From assembly GCF_052425735.1 (NCBI RefSeq), contig NC_135763.1:3658001-3722000 (forward strand): 64,000 nt of DNA, in the 5' to 3' direction. Position 1 is the first letter of the stretch, and each line of letters starts with the position of its first letter. The notes below the pieces were generated by a model. The model ran no database searches, was not told where the DNA came from, and saw only the letters and a list, made by a program, of their open reading frames with translations. Of the stretch, positions 49,224 through 62,616 are shown one piece after another. Made by a program: the position numbers and the translations under genes. Source of the stretch: Oculina patagonica (taxonomy: Eukaryota).

Positions 49224-51239
49224 AAAGTTTTTTTCAATATTTTTATAGTTTCTTTAATTTTTATCCACTCTGTTTATTTTTGACCGCTTTAGCCGTCAGG
49301 ATCAGTTTGCCTTCTATATTTTCCGTTTCTTTTTATGGGAAACGACAAAACAAAAAGACAGGATTACGAAGAACTTATCTTACAGAGCATGTTTCCAATG
49401 TCATCTTTCGCCAGAGTCCAAGAACTAATGAATCATTTCAATCCAAATGGTTGCACATTCTCCCGAAATATCTGCGTTCAACCTGGAGAAAAAAAGAAAA
49501 CATTATTAAGTAAGGCCATTTTTTGTTTCGACGAACGTTTAAGAACGATCTCAGTTTCCGTCTATTAATCAATACGACATACGAATAACACTAATATTGT
49601 ACCAATCAATTGACAGTTTCAAATTAACCAACTCAAAATATCAATTCTTAAACCTACAGTTGACCATGCAGCTACTTCATAGCTCAGCTGATAGAGCAAT
49701 CAATGGTATCGTGGAGGTCATGGGTTTGAGTTCCGTTGTAGCCTTGAATTTTTTTCAGACCAAACAAAGTACTTATTTAAAATTGTTTGCTCACTACCAA
49801 GATCATTTCTGTCCTTCATTTCTCAATCCTCACTTATTACTTTATAATTCTTTTTTTGCTAGTATATCTGGACAATATTTCCTAGTTACAGTTTTTTACA
49901 AGATATAATGACAGATATCGATATGGTAAGGAGATACGAGATTTTGATCACTCTTGGACTGAAAGATTTTTTAGAAAACGACAAAACAAACAGACGAGAT
50001 ATAATGACTTCTTACATAAGATTTTTCCAGTGTCAACTTGCACCAAAGTCCAAGAGCTAACCACTGCCAACCAAAGTGGCTGCACTTTCTTTCAAAATGT
50101 CTGCGTTCAACCTGGAGAAAAAAAATCATTAACTTAGGCAATTTTTCTTTGTCTAGTCGAACGTTTAGAAGTGTAGTAATCCCGTTTATGGATTAATACA
50201 CAATGCTATTGTTAGTTTTGCATTGACTCCCGAAAATAACAATCTTTATGTAAAGGTTACTCCATACCTTCGCGATAAATTTCACATAAATCTGTCAAAC
50301 CTCATACCGTAAAATCCCGGTTATAAGACACACCAACCAACAACCCACCCCCCCCACCCCCCTCCCACTCCCCCCCCCGCCAAAGAATGTATACTGTGAT
50401 TATGAGCTCCCCTCCCCCACCACGTTTCCATTGTTTTTCTTACAGATTTTTGAACAATTTGCATCAGACAATGTGTAAATAATGATAATACAAGTGCCGT
50501 TTCTGGAAGCCCCCATGCACGTTTTATTCACTTCCATTCACCACCAAAGGTGTTGTCCGGTCAAATTTGTTTCAGCTTATAAGCACTGAAGATTTCAGCC
50601 TTCCTCCGTCTCCCAATCAAAGGACTCGAGAACTGCTCGGTCAAAATTGTTGTTTTCGACATATTTTTGTCCAATCAGTGGAGAAAACTTTTTTACAATT
50701 TTTTTTAAAAAAATCTGCAAGTGAGGTTCAGAGCTACGTCATTTTTTTATAAATCTAAGGTGGCTGTGAAACCATCTACAGTTTGTTAAAATGGCTGTAG
50801 AAATATATAAATATATACTTTTTGTTTTTTAAATGTATAAAAAACAAAATCTTTCGCAACATTTTAAATATGTAAATAACCTAAAACGCCAAAAATAGAG
50901 TATCTTTGACCCTTTTTGACGTTGCCATGGCAAAAAATTTTGACGTCATTTGGATTTGACTGACAAATGGTTTACTTGTTTACAGTAAACTATTTTCAGC
51001 GGTATTATTGAGCTAGCCATAGAATACATAGACTACACTTATGATCTTAACTCAACCTAAAGTATTGTGAGCCAACAAGTTGGAATTTCGTGAAAACTTC
51101 TATTGTTGTTCTTAATAGTAAGACACAATGATAAGGCGATATCGTTTGCCTCACGATGCAGTCACTTGGGAGGTAGATCGCGAAGTTTCAATTGCTTATA
51201 GTTGCTAGTGTTTATCAGGCGATAAGGGTGGACTGATGA

Positions 51240-51510
51240 GGCGTTACCATATTTATAGCACAATGGTCAGCTGTGATTGGCTGATTTTGATCCTCACTGT
51301 CCTGGCGAGCCTTTCCCGACAGCGGCCCACTGCCGTATTAGTGGGGTACATGCTTCTGGATCTCAATTCTACTATGCCTTTTGATGTTGTTTAGGTGAAG
51401 TCTAATCAATCACTCAATCAGCTCTGAAACGAGGTAGGCATGCGGACGTGCTCCAAGATTCTTTCTTTCATCCATTCCTCAATCTCGCCGGGATAAACTT
51501 TATTTTATTC
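51240..51510 (-). mobile_element. Decayed Penelope-like GIY-YIG endonuclease fragment
   Basis: Minus-strand translations KVYPGEIEEWMKERILEH and LHLNNIKRHSRIEI resemble the recalled Penelope motifs (VYIGET..M.ERIKEH; LHPNNINRDSGIEI); stops and frameshifts present. Confidence 0.55.
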
Positions 51511-53053
51511 ATAGAGAATTCTGTAAACCACGCCATCTTGCTAAGTTGGGTAGACAGCGTTCTTCGCTTGCAGCAAGGGTGACTTGGTGTGGCGTTGGAC
51601 TTGAAAATGGCGCTTTTGCCTTGTTGATGTAAGCGTTCTTTACTTCCATAAAAGATTTATAACACTTCAGGCTTCCTCGGAGAATAATGCAACTTAACGA
51701 TGAGCCACCAAGCAAGGAAGATTAAACAGTATTTATAGTATTTAATTAAGTATTTCAGTAGATCTGTATTTTAAATAGGTGATGTTTTTACCGTGTAAGA
51801 ATGTGTTTAGCTTTTATGAGGGTTTTTGTTTGTTTGTTTGTTTGTTTGATTGATTGATTTGGTTTGGTTGTTTTTTTTTTCTCTTTTTGTTTTGCTCTTG
51901 TGTGCTCTTGTGTGCGTCTAAACTGAGAATGAACTGAGAAATTGAAACTAGCGAAGGTATGGAGTAACCGTACCTTAACCGTTTGTATTTCAGGTTAAAA
52001 ACGAAACTTCTCCTTGCTCATTTTTTTACATATCTTTCAATGTTTGTTGAGAGAATTTCGCGATACATCAAAGCAATACCCTACAGTTGATGATTTTCAT
52101 TGTAAGATACTTGATAATAAATTGACATGGTAAGTAGACATTACCCCTAAACGACAAAACATGGCAAACAATAACAACAAAGGCAGAGAAACGAAAAACT
52201 TATCTGGAATGAGATATTTCCAATAGTCAGAATAGTGACTAATAGTCAACTTGCGCCAGAGCCCAAGAGCTACAGACTGCAACATGATCAAAATGGCTGC
52301 ACTATCTCTTTACCATATCTGCAGCGTTCAACCTGCATGAAAAAGGCGGAAACATCATTAAATTATTAGTTTTATCAAGTTTTTAACATTTTTAACATTC
52401 ATTTTAGTTTTTAACGGTTGGTGTGATATCTCTAGATTTTTACCGACCTACTTAAATGTAGATGTAGAATTAACGGCTAATTTCTGTGTATGGTTCTATA
52501 CTACTGATAAATACGCCATTGAAATATAGGAATGTAATTCTTAAATAGCCCTTATGCATGTTTACATCAGACTGGCCAACATCATAGGGATAGTTCTCAT
52601 GATAGGAAGTTATTACAAATTCAACAATAGTTGACAGTTTGGATGAAGATGATGAACTAGAGATGCTAACTTTTCCAGTCTTACGATCGAAAAAGAATAC
52701 CGATTGCCTTACTATTTCTAAATTATGATTTCTTATATTTTGATTGTCAGTTAAACTTCAGTAAATACCCTAAAGCTAACTACCCTTCTTAAAAGATCGA
52801 AAATGTATCAGATTTTGATCACTCTTAGACTGAAACCGAATCGTTGACGGGTAAACGACAGATAAAATACCAAAACAATTTTGTTAGAACTACCTGGATT
52901 AAAATGTTTTTTCAATAATGAAGTGTCCTTGTGCCCCAAGTCCAAGAGCTTCACACTGCAATCCAAAATGGCTGTACTGTCCTTGATTTAACGTCTGTGT
53001 TAAATCTGGAGAAAAATAATTAAAGCCTCAGCATCAATGAAACATTGTTTTAG

Positions 53054-53211
53054 CTAGTAAAATGGCCCAGCTAACAACGAGTCTCTCGTAGCTCAGTTGG
53101 TAAGAGCGCCCAACCGGTATCTGGGAGGCCATGGGTTCGATTCCCGTCGGGGACTCAGAATTTTTCTTTGTCCCATGCTCGTGTCATGTTGAATACTTCA
53201 TCTTCATCATT
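53054..53211 (+). mobile_element. SINE-type family B copy (truncated)
   Basis: Near-identical to 23955-24110. Confidence 0.8.
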
Positions 53212-54171
53212 GCTTTAGCTATTTATTTTCTCTTGGCTAGTTTTCTTTCATTCAGCAAACTCTCAGTCGTGAAAATTTTATAATTTTACCAGAAAACAAT
53301 TATACACTGTAGAAGCATCTTGTAGTGACTAAATAAAGCAACATTTTTGACTACTATTCACTGATAGACATGTTAGTTCTAAGAATTTGGACAGTTCCCT
53401 GAAACATTTAGATATAATTATCTTTCAGGCTTAGTTTATTATTAAAAACCGCTGTAATTATCGAAACTAACTTATCAACCTCACATAAGACAGAGTTTCA
53501 AAAAAAACCGACTTCTAATGTACCATTTTTTTAAATTCAATATTAAGACAAATCAATGGTAAACAATTTTCTTTTACCTACAATTGGACGCAAGGTTTAC
53601 CAGCGTAAACTTGCACAAAGGAATGCGTCCTGAAGGCACGCCTACTTCAGTCAATTGCAGCAGTACCTTGCTCGCTGTCAAAAAGTCTCATTCAACCTGC
53701 GGAAAAAAATGGTTCAAGTTATGGGAATGACTGCCGTTATGTAAACAAATTCTCTTTCCAATACAAAATTTGAAACCGACCTTTCACGGGTGAGAAATGT
53801 GCAGCAGCACTCCAAAGCAACTGAACAACGAACGAAACTTGAGTATAATGTGTAGCAACAATGTAAACATGCCAACCAACAGCCATTCGTAAGAAACACT
53901 CTAACCAATGGATTGCTCACGAAGAAAATTTTTATCTCTGATTCAATGAGTATTTCAACAACTAAACTAGCTGATTGAGTAACGATTTCTTTATAGCGTC
54001 ACCGATAAGCACGCCAAAAATTTCACAGCAGAATGGTTCAGTACTAGTTTAACCGTTAAGTGCCAAAATTGAACCGAAATCTACACAAAACGAAAAGCCA
54101 CACAAGCTATAACAAACTAGACGAATAAACAACTCTGAAATAGAAAATACAAAAAGAAAACGCTGGCTTAC

Positions 54172-54275
54172 CAGAAGCGGGAGCACATGGAAGAAGATGA
54201 AGAACTCAGCTTCACAGCACACAGCGGTGAACAACACCAAAATGATCGGCGTGTCCTTTGAGACTTCTTTATATA
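54172..54275 (-). promoter_or_regulatory. TATA box, initiator and short first exon
   Basis: TATATAAAG at 54275-54267; TCATT Inr with A at 54243 (TATAAAG at -30); donor CTG|gtaagc at 54172/54171. Confidence 0.55.
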
Positions 54276-57200
54276 CGCGATTAAAATTCATCGCAGCTTC
54301 GACTTTTGTACATTAAATGAATAAGAACTTAACAAATGTCGCTTGAAAAGCATGCACTTTGAATATTAATGAGGAATATTATTTCTGTTAGAAATTTATG
54401 GTAGAAGTCACAAAAGTGTGTCGCTGAATTGAAAAAAGTTTTGGCGGGGTTTAAAATAGGGTGATGAGAAGTGGATTGTCACTGTTGCGTAATTTAACGT
54501 GCGTAAAAAATATGAAATAAACGTTAACGTTATATCTTTTGAGTGGATAGACATATTTCAAAAATGTTTCCGGCAGTTTTGAGATCCTTGTGAAAGGTGT
54601 TTTAAATAGTATCATTAGATATCCCATATTACTAAAACCAAAATTTGGCGTCAATTTTGTAACGTCATTTTCCTTCAAAAATGTCAAAATCTTGCAAACT
54701 GTTGTATCGATCCATACTCTTTATTTTGACTCCTTGATAGATTCTGTAGTGTTCCGCACTACAGAAATAGATCAATGTCCGCACTAGACTCCTTTCCGTT
54801 CTCTCTGATTCCTTGCGCGCGTTTTAAAGTGTCAATCACGAGACTCGACTCAGACCTCGCAGGTCAAAATCGGCCCCAGTCCCTAACTTATTTACAACAC
54901 AAACTAACAAGATAGGATTTTAGAGAACGACGAGTTGTTTATTGGCGCCCAGTTATAGGATAACTAATTTAGCACTAAGGACGTTATTTACACCATGAGT
55001 GCATCCCAGGCTCTCTATCCTTTCCTCCCTAGTCGGGTTCCCGTCGTCGTTGTTACTGATATGACAATTGAATTAGTAAATGGCAATTTATTTATTTTGC
55101 TTATTTAATAAATCCCTTTTACGCTTTTTCTTCTAGTTATCGTTCGCAGTCGAACGATGACTTGACATACGCGCTATGAAAAAATAATGAAGTTTTTTAA
55201 GTTGATCAGGTATTCTTAAATATGAGAAGATATTGCTCTTTCAAAATAACTATAATATGGACTGAAGAGACCATTTAAAATTAACTGACTGTGTTCAAAT
55301 CAACTTTGTGATCTTGCATTTGAAAAATGAAAAATAAAGGGTGAAAATCTGCCAACTTCAAAGTTGTTATACTTGCAAACAATTTAATCTATTTAACTGA
55401 AACTTTGTCAGTCAGTCTCACTCTGTTACAGACTGTTATTACATATTTGAGCCCTAAAAAACTCCTAGCACTTATTCTCTTGATTGTTTAACTACAAAAA
55501 ATTAACTTTCATAGGTTAATTATTACCAAAAATCATTTATGACGTCATAACTCCATAGACGTTCACCTGACAATCAAAATCTCATCAACAGTGGAGAGCA
55601 AATTCTGTGCTCTTAAAAACCATATATAGTTTACCATGCTTTCAACTGTTAGTTGATACCAGTGACAACAAACCTTCTTAGAAAATCCCACAACAACAAA
55701 AAACGGTTAAAGGGTTAAGTGCTAATCGTTATCTGGATTTTTAATCGGGCGTGGCCGATTTATAGTTTACCCTTTGGTCGTCCTAGACGATAGTCTCCTG
55801 TCGGCTAAAAATGACGGGGATAGCCTGGGCCAATCAGTTTCATTTCAGTTTTGACAGTAAATCGTTGTAGGAACACTGGGTCGACTTTTGGGCTAATCTG
55901 CAATCTGGTTCTCTTCTTTGCTTCGGCGGGAGGACAGAGAAAAAAACTTAAGGGGGTAAAGTACTAATAATCACCATTGTGAAACTGTAACTTTGACAAC
56001 TTTGACAAGTTGAAGCTATTTTTGTAAATAAAAGGGGTAACGTCATTCATGTCACGCAATGTTTTTGTGGGAAACTTTAAAACTAGACGCTTTGCTGATT
56101 TCTACAAATAGCAGTGTGATCTGGCGGTACATTTTTTTGAGGCGGACTCCACTTTAAAACTATTTTTTATATATTTAGCAAGAAGTATGTCGATTTTCAT
56201 TTCCGCACAGTGGGGCGTCAAAGTCGCCTGTCACAAAGAGTAGAATGTTTGCACAAGTTGGTTTGGATGTATTTTAGATTTGACTGGTGACGTTAGTAAG
56301 ACAGTTCTCAAGACGTCAGCTAAACATTGGCAATGTACAGTATTGGTGTGAACTTGAATGGAATTTTTTTAAGAGATCAGTAAAGCTATCGAATGAAAAG
56401 ATGACTTGAAAATGAAAACTTCGAATAATTATAATTAAATACCAATTGAATTTTAGATGAGAAATTCCGGAAGTGACATCTGTGTTCAAAATAGGAATTT
56501 TTGTACAACTTAGTTCCGAAAAAAAGACCACATGTTTTGTAAAAATTACAGACAAACATGATCAGGAAAACAAAACAGGCCAATGGGTTTTATTCACGAA
56601 AATACAACTTTGTTAAGAAAGAGTTTGTAAACAAGACAATGGAATCGAATTACATTTCACACGAAATTTGCATACATTTGAACTTGCAAAAAAGAAGTAT
56701 CTCTGCCGAGACATAATAGCGAGACCTTACATAAATAATTATTGTATTCTGATCTGATTGTTATTTTTTATGCATTAACTATTTGAAAGTGGTTCTCATC
56801 GATGAAAACAAAACGGTTTTTCATTCACTGCTTGAAGTATTTATAGACGTGAAAACATTCGCTTAATCAAATTACATTCTGCACGAAATATTTTGTATCC
56901 ATTTGTCCCGAAACTTTGAGGAAATTGAAATCTTTGTGGACAGTACTGCATAAAAGCAGTTCATAGAATTGAATAAAAAGATAAGAACCATATTGATAAA
57001 GGAAATTTTAAAACTTTATTTTGGCTCATTTTGACGAAATTCAGGATTTTCAAAGACTGCCAGTAAACGGCTGTATCTTGTCTGTCTCTAACGATTTTGC
57101 TACGGTTTCAAACGAGCTAATGTTTCAACATGATATCATGGTAGCGGGCAGAAGTCGGTTCGTTCTGAATTTTTCATTACGGTATACAAGTTACAGGTCA

Positions 57201-57548
57201 ATATACAGACCCTCTGTATAGTAAAAAACGTTTTGGGAACAAACCATTGTGAGCTTATTTTCTATGTTGATCAGTAAAAATCATTAGTACGACATGGGGT
57301 TTGTTATCAAGTTCGTTAGTACGTTAATACTGCAAGGTGTATAAAAGTAGAGAATTATTATCAAGTGTGTTTTGTTTTATTAGCGGTTTATACTCTAAGG
57401 TCTTGGTATGGGAGATCAAAATTAAGGCAAATTTCTGGTATTATCTGATTGCTTGGCAAAGATTAGTACGATACTGACTTGGTTAGGAAATGTAAACAAA
57501 CATCAAATTGAATAAGAGTAGAAAGGGAGGGACAGGTGGGGGTGAAAG

Positions 57549-58136
57549 TAGGGCTTTCCACAAGTTGCTCGAGATTTCCCAAAAAATTGCCCGTAATTTC
57601 TCAAAAAGTTGCTCTAAAGTTGCTGCAAAAATTCAAAAAAGTTGCTTCTGACAATAAAAGTTGCTCGAAAGTTGCTCCAAAAAAATCCAAAACGTTGCTT
57701 CTAATCAAGAGAATTTCTCTAAATATATGCTAATTTCCCTTTGAGGGTTAGATTCCTAAGCAGTTTTCTGCAATTTTACAGCAAAAAAGTATCTAAATAA
57801 CATATTAAGGAGAAAATTTGTTAAATAACAAGGTTTTCTTTAATTGAGAAAAATCGCGAAGATATCGATGACGTTATGTTTGCTGACGGCAGAATGAGGC
57901 GAAAGTTGAAACGTCTTTAGATGTTCCTCGAAAATCCTCGGGAAACTTCGTAAATCTTCGGAAACGTTCGTATGCCCTTTGAACAACACTCGGATAATCT
58001 TCGGAGATCTTCGGTCTGGAAATTGCACAAAATGTAACAAGTTGCTCGAGAGGAAAAAAGTTGCTCGAAGGAGATAAAGTTGCTCGAAATATTAAAAGTT
58101 GCCAAAAAGTTGCCGAGCAACTTGTGGAAAGCCCTA
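57549..58136. mobile_element. hAT-like MITE with 8-bp TSD
   Basis: ggtgaaag|tagggctttccacaagttgctcg ... cgagcaacttgtggaaagcccta|ggtgaaag; subterminal aagttgct repeats. Confidence 0.9.
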
Positions 58137-59709
58137 GGTGAAAGGCTAAGGAGATGGAAAGGGAGGGAGAATTAAAATCCATGCTTGGTTATATCACACA
58201 ACCTTTGACTTCTGTTGTTTTCTCACAAGAACAAAACTTAAGGTGGGGTTCTACCTGAATTTGAATGGAACTTTAAGAGATTTAAAGAAGGGATTGAAGA
58301 AAAGAATGGAAACACCTCCAAACAGTTGACCCCCTCGCAAGAGCACTCCGGGTTGTCAGGAGACTGTTTGGTGTCCGTCCACCAATTTTTAACTTCAAAC
58401 TTAACTTTTAACTTTTTATCTCCAATATTTCTTATTTGTCTAAATTTTACTAATCCTTTGAGAAAAACTATCGCCTCCCAGACATCCCCCAAAATCGTCC
58501 AAAAATACAAAAGACGACTAATTCAATCGTTTATTTGTATTGCCGTGCGAAATATATTTTTATAAATTGAGACCATTATGTCATTAAGTAATAATGCAAT
58601 ATTGAAAACATTCCAGATTTTCATTATTAAATAGAAACACGAAAAATTCAAATTTGGGAAAACAAGCCTGTCAAAATGACGTTGCCATGGTGATTCAAGT
58701 TACTGGCACAATAACTAATCCTGCCAAATTATTGCGAGATAAATTTTAGATAAACGCGCAAAGTTTGGCAGCGTTTGGTTGAATTTTGAAAAAGTTATAA
58801 GCGTCCAAAGTCAGCGCGGGCCTCAAACCCCCCCCCAGCCCCCCCGCCCAGAATAGGTTTAAGTGACTGTTTTTCCAGTGATTTTTACTGTACTGTACCC
58901 TGCCTTTCAAGTCAAAACAGATAGCTAATTATTAAGCGCCCGATTTTAAGCTTCTCAAGCTTCTCAAGCTTCTTGTTTTGACTAAGAACTACAAGGAAAC
59001 ATGTTACATGACAAGAAACACCCAAAATTTTCGCTGCCGTCAGAAGTTCATTCAGTACCACGTCCGTTGCTTTTTTTAAAGAGCTAGAAACTACTGTTAG
59101 ATTCATTGCGATTCAGAAAAGGAAACTTGTGGCGGGTTTGTTTTTTGCTGCTGTTGTGTTTGTTTAGATGTAAAACATTACAGATTACCATAGCAAGTAA
59201 TTAAATGGTTATAACGATAATTGAGTTACCTATAACTACATAATTATCAGGCTTCCGTAGAAATCGGCGCCATCTTTTTATTTTTCAACTTCTTTTTGAC
59301 ATCGTGTGTTCTTCAACAATTTATCCATTCGTTTAGGTTGATATTTTCCCCTCAGTTTGCTGCTTGTTATTTCAGTCGAAAGGCCAGCAATCTTTATATT
59401 ATGATGACTTCTTTTCCATCGGCGTTGTTTAACAATAATTAATAATAATAAATGAACTTATATTGCGCAAGTATCAGTTAGCGATTTTCACCTGCGCTTT
59501 ACAATATTTGTAAAATTAAAAAGCCCTTAAAATTAATTTTGCCCAATCGGGTTTTCTTTGGATTGTTTCATCTCTTTTTATCACTTGCCGAACAATTAGT
59601 ATTGATTAGTATTATTAGAACGTTAACAACAAATCAATTTGCCAAAATAATAATAATATTTTGCCAGAACGTTTTAGTATGTAGCTGACACGAGTGAACG
59701 ACATTAAAG

Positions 59710-60015
59710 ATGGAAAAGGCTGAAGTATCTCGCTCGAGACGCTGGAGGTTCTGGTTAGGCCAAAAAGAAAGATCGCAAAGATTGCAAATCTCGAAATGCG
59801 AGAATGCAGAAAGTGATGGAGTCAAGACGGAAGGATCGCCACGTTCGACTGATACAAGAAACATCAGCAACCAGCCGCCGAATTTAAAACTGAGTAGACG
59901 ACCAGCAATTTGCACCGTGAAAGAAGAGGAAGACCAGCACCATGGAATATCACTCGCAGAGTCAAGAAGACGGCTGATTATTGTATATTTCTTGGACAAG
60001 TCCGGACTGTTATGA
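59710..60015 (+). CDS. Microprotein family copy 5 (101 aa; RRPAIC; no RVxF segment)
   Basis: Paralogous ORF, NQPPNLKLSRRPAICTVKEEEDQHHGISLAESRRRLIIVYFLDKSGLL. Confidence 0.7.
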   Translation: MEKAEVSRSRRWRFWLGQKERSQRLQISKCENAESDGVKTEGSPRSTDTRNISNQPPNLKLSRRPAICTVKEEEDQHHGISLAESRRRLIIVYFLDKSGLL

Positions 60016-61952
60016 TAATGAGAACTGAACTGAAGCGTTTGGAGAATGTTGGCTTGTAATCCCATAGAAATGATGCCATCGAAGAAGAAGTGAACAGTTT
60101 CCTTTTTTCGTATTTACATCGAGCATGACCTTAGTAGTTTTGACTTAACTCAGTGAATTAACACAGTTGTAACTCAGTTTCGAATTAACTCAGTCGTGTA
60201 TCAGTCGTGTAACCGTATAATTAGGGCAATAATAAGGTGAAGGAAATATGAAGAAGAGAATACGAAAGACCGGAATGTGAAGAGGGAAATATATGGTCCA
60301 TTGTCAAAATGGCCGTAGTCCCGTCCCCTGTCACAATCAAAGTCGCCTCACAGCGTTTTGCTAACCTGCGATCAGGCGCGCGTTCTTTTTGTTCGCTGCG
60401 GGAGGAAAGAGAAAAAAAAAGAAACGCCTGACAAATTTACTTTACGAGTGGTCTGCCAGCCCCGTATTAAAGTATCTGTCAACGGGAATGTCAGCGATGC
60501 TTCCCCAACCCGCAACTAAAATTAGTAGCCGCTAAAAATAGTAACCTTTAGATAAGTTTTAGCACTTGCCTGCGGCTCGGACTAAAATCAGCCTGAGTCG
60601 GACCAAAATCATATTTACGCCCGCCGATATCAACTCTCCTCATTCTGTCATTTATTAAAGATATTAAGGTACATTTTTGGTATATAGGTTGGAAAAAAAG
60701 AAGGGTCTTTTGATTGTCACACAGAAGAGAGTAGTTTCGCTTGTTGTCCCGACAAAGCTCACGGCCTTCACAACGTTAACAGAACTTCGTATTGTAAGCA
60801 TGTTGGATGAAAAAATTATGGGCGAGCAATAAAACATTATAACTGTGAACTGCGAAACAAAGCTTTTTGATGAAAAGGAATTTCCGAGGCTGTTTCAGAC
60901 TTGCTTTGCAGTGCTATTTTTAATTATACGGAATTCCTCGAATAAGCGCCACATCAGGAAATTTTGTCCCAAACGTAGCGCTTATACGGGGGCGGCGCTT
61001 ATTCGACTAAATACGTTACGCGCATGCTTGAATTAAACTGTGCTCTTTGTTCGTCAGCCAATCAAATTCACCCGCTCCCGACCACGGGAAAAACTGTACG
61101 TGTCACAAGAAGGTCGGTTAAGTTGTGGAAGGTGGCCTTCCGACGGAACCACGTTCAGAAATGGCTGACTGTGTGAGCCTCTGCTCTTCGATTAGAAACA
61201 ATTTCTTCAACAAAGCCGCGCAGTAAATATAAGGCGGATAGGGCTGGAGCAAGTCGGCATGTTTCTTTGTCCTCATAGCGGGGCCTGGGTACAGTGACGA
61301 AATGCTGTCAATCAACCTATTGCTAAGAATGGCATCTTTGCTATATTCCTCGCTTATTTCGTGCGCTAAGGTTGAAGGCCTAAAAAATTCTCTGTTGTAA
61401 TCCTTAAGATCTGTTTGCTCTTTAGCTAAATATCTAGAAAAGCAGCTTTAAAGTCGTGAAAGAAGCATGACAAATTATTTTTCTCTATAAAATATAAAAA
61501 TTTCTCTTTAGCAAGTTGTTGTTTTGTGTTTTGCATAGGTGAGAAGATCTCGGGAAAACGCTGTGACAGAATTTACCCGTCGACTCATTTTGCATACAGT
61601 GAACTGACACGCGTACGCATTTTTCGGCAAACCTATCATTCAGAATTCTAAGTTTCAGAATTCTAATCGGATTTCTAAAGAGGATAAACCCAAATTCCCA
61701 AGGTTTATTTGGACGTATATATATACACTGTTTTTACATATTAGGCTACTAAGCGATCTTGACAATCGTGAAATGGATCAGTGATGTCATCGTGGTTGTT
61801 TACTAGATGTCGATCTAAGCCGACTGAGTTCAAAACTACCAAGTTCATGCTCGATGGAAACTAGAAATATAAACTGTTCACTTTGTTCAATGGCATCATT
61901 TCTCTAGATTACAAGCCAACATTCTCCAAACGCTTCAGTTCAGTTCTCATTA

Positions 61953-62279
61953 TCACAACAGTCCGGACTTGTCCAAGAAATGCACAATTATCAGCCGTCT
62001 TCTCGACTCTGCGAGTGATATTCCATAGCACTGGTCTTCCTCTTCTATCACAGCGCAAATTGCTGGTCGTCTGCTCGATTTAAAATTGGGCGGCTGGTTG
62101 CTGATGTTCCTTGCACCAGTCGAACGTGGTGATCCTTCTGTCCTGACTCTATCACTTTCTGTTTTCTCGCATTGCAGTTTCTCTTTTCGGCGTAAAGAAG
62201 GCTTCAAACTTCCCCAGCGAGACACTTTGGCCTTTTCCAGTTGAAATGAAACAGTTTTTTTGCCTTGTTTTTGTTTCAT
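61953..62279 (-). CDS. Microprotein family copy 6 (108 aa; KKTVSF and RRPAIC)
   Basis: ATG at 62279 (MKQKQGKKTVSF) aligns with the MKQS/MKRS starts of copies 1 and 4. Confidence 0.7.
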   Translation of the reverse strand: MKQKQGKKTVSFQLEKAKVSRWGSLKPSLRRKEKLQCEKTESDRVRTEGSPRSTGARNISNQPPNFKSSRRPAICAVIEEEDQCYGISLAESRRRLIIVHFLDKSGLL

Positions 62280-62481
62280 GACTAGCTCTTCGACTTCCTT
62301 CACTCGTGTCAACCAATACTACAATGTTTCCTCAAAGTATTTTGTAATAGGTAATTGAGTTATTGTTTTGACCATTTAATTAGCTGCTATTAGTTATCAA
62401 CTACATCCTACAATGTTTTGACAAAATATTTTTAGTTGCTATGGTAATCTTAATTAGTTGTTATCATTATCAGTATTATTT

Positions 62482-62616
62482 TCACTTGGTTCGGTTTTCT
62501 TTGTTCTTTTTGGGTAAATATTTTTGGCATAAAGACGACTTTAAACGTCTCCAGCAAGACACTTTGGCCTTTTCCAATTGAAATGAAACGGTTTTTCGGC
62601 CTTGTTTTTGTTTCAT
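62482..62616 (-). pseudogene. 5' fragment of the microprotein family (44 aa, MKQKQGRKTVSFQLEKAKVSCWRRLKSSL...)
   Basis: Duplicate of ~62195-62310; homology lost after ~30 codons. Confidence 0.65.

Larger units (their letters stand above)
48745..53696 (-). repeat. Six duplicated ~100-nt exon-like cassettes
   Basis: Acceptors cag|GTTGAA (one cag|ATTTAA) give exon starts 53696, 53005, 52332, 50111, 49482 and 48858; related core (ctcttggact..gg..caag.tgac), most decayed in the 53696 copy. Confidence 0.7.

Noticed and set aside
48745-53696. Cassettes as conserved protein-coding exons (LALGLWRKLT) or Gly-stop terminal exons of amidated peptides
   Set aside because: Stops and frameshifts differ between copies, and no signal-peptide exon was found upstream.
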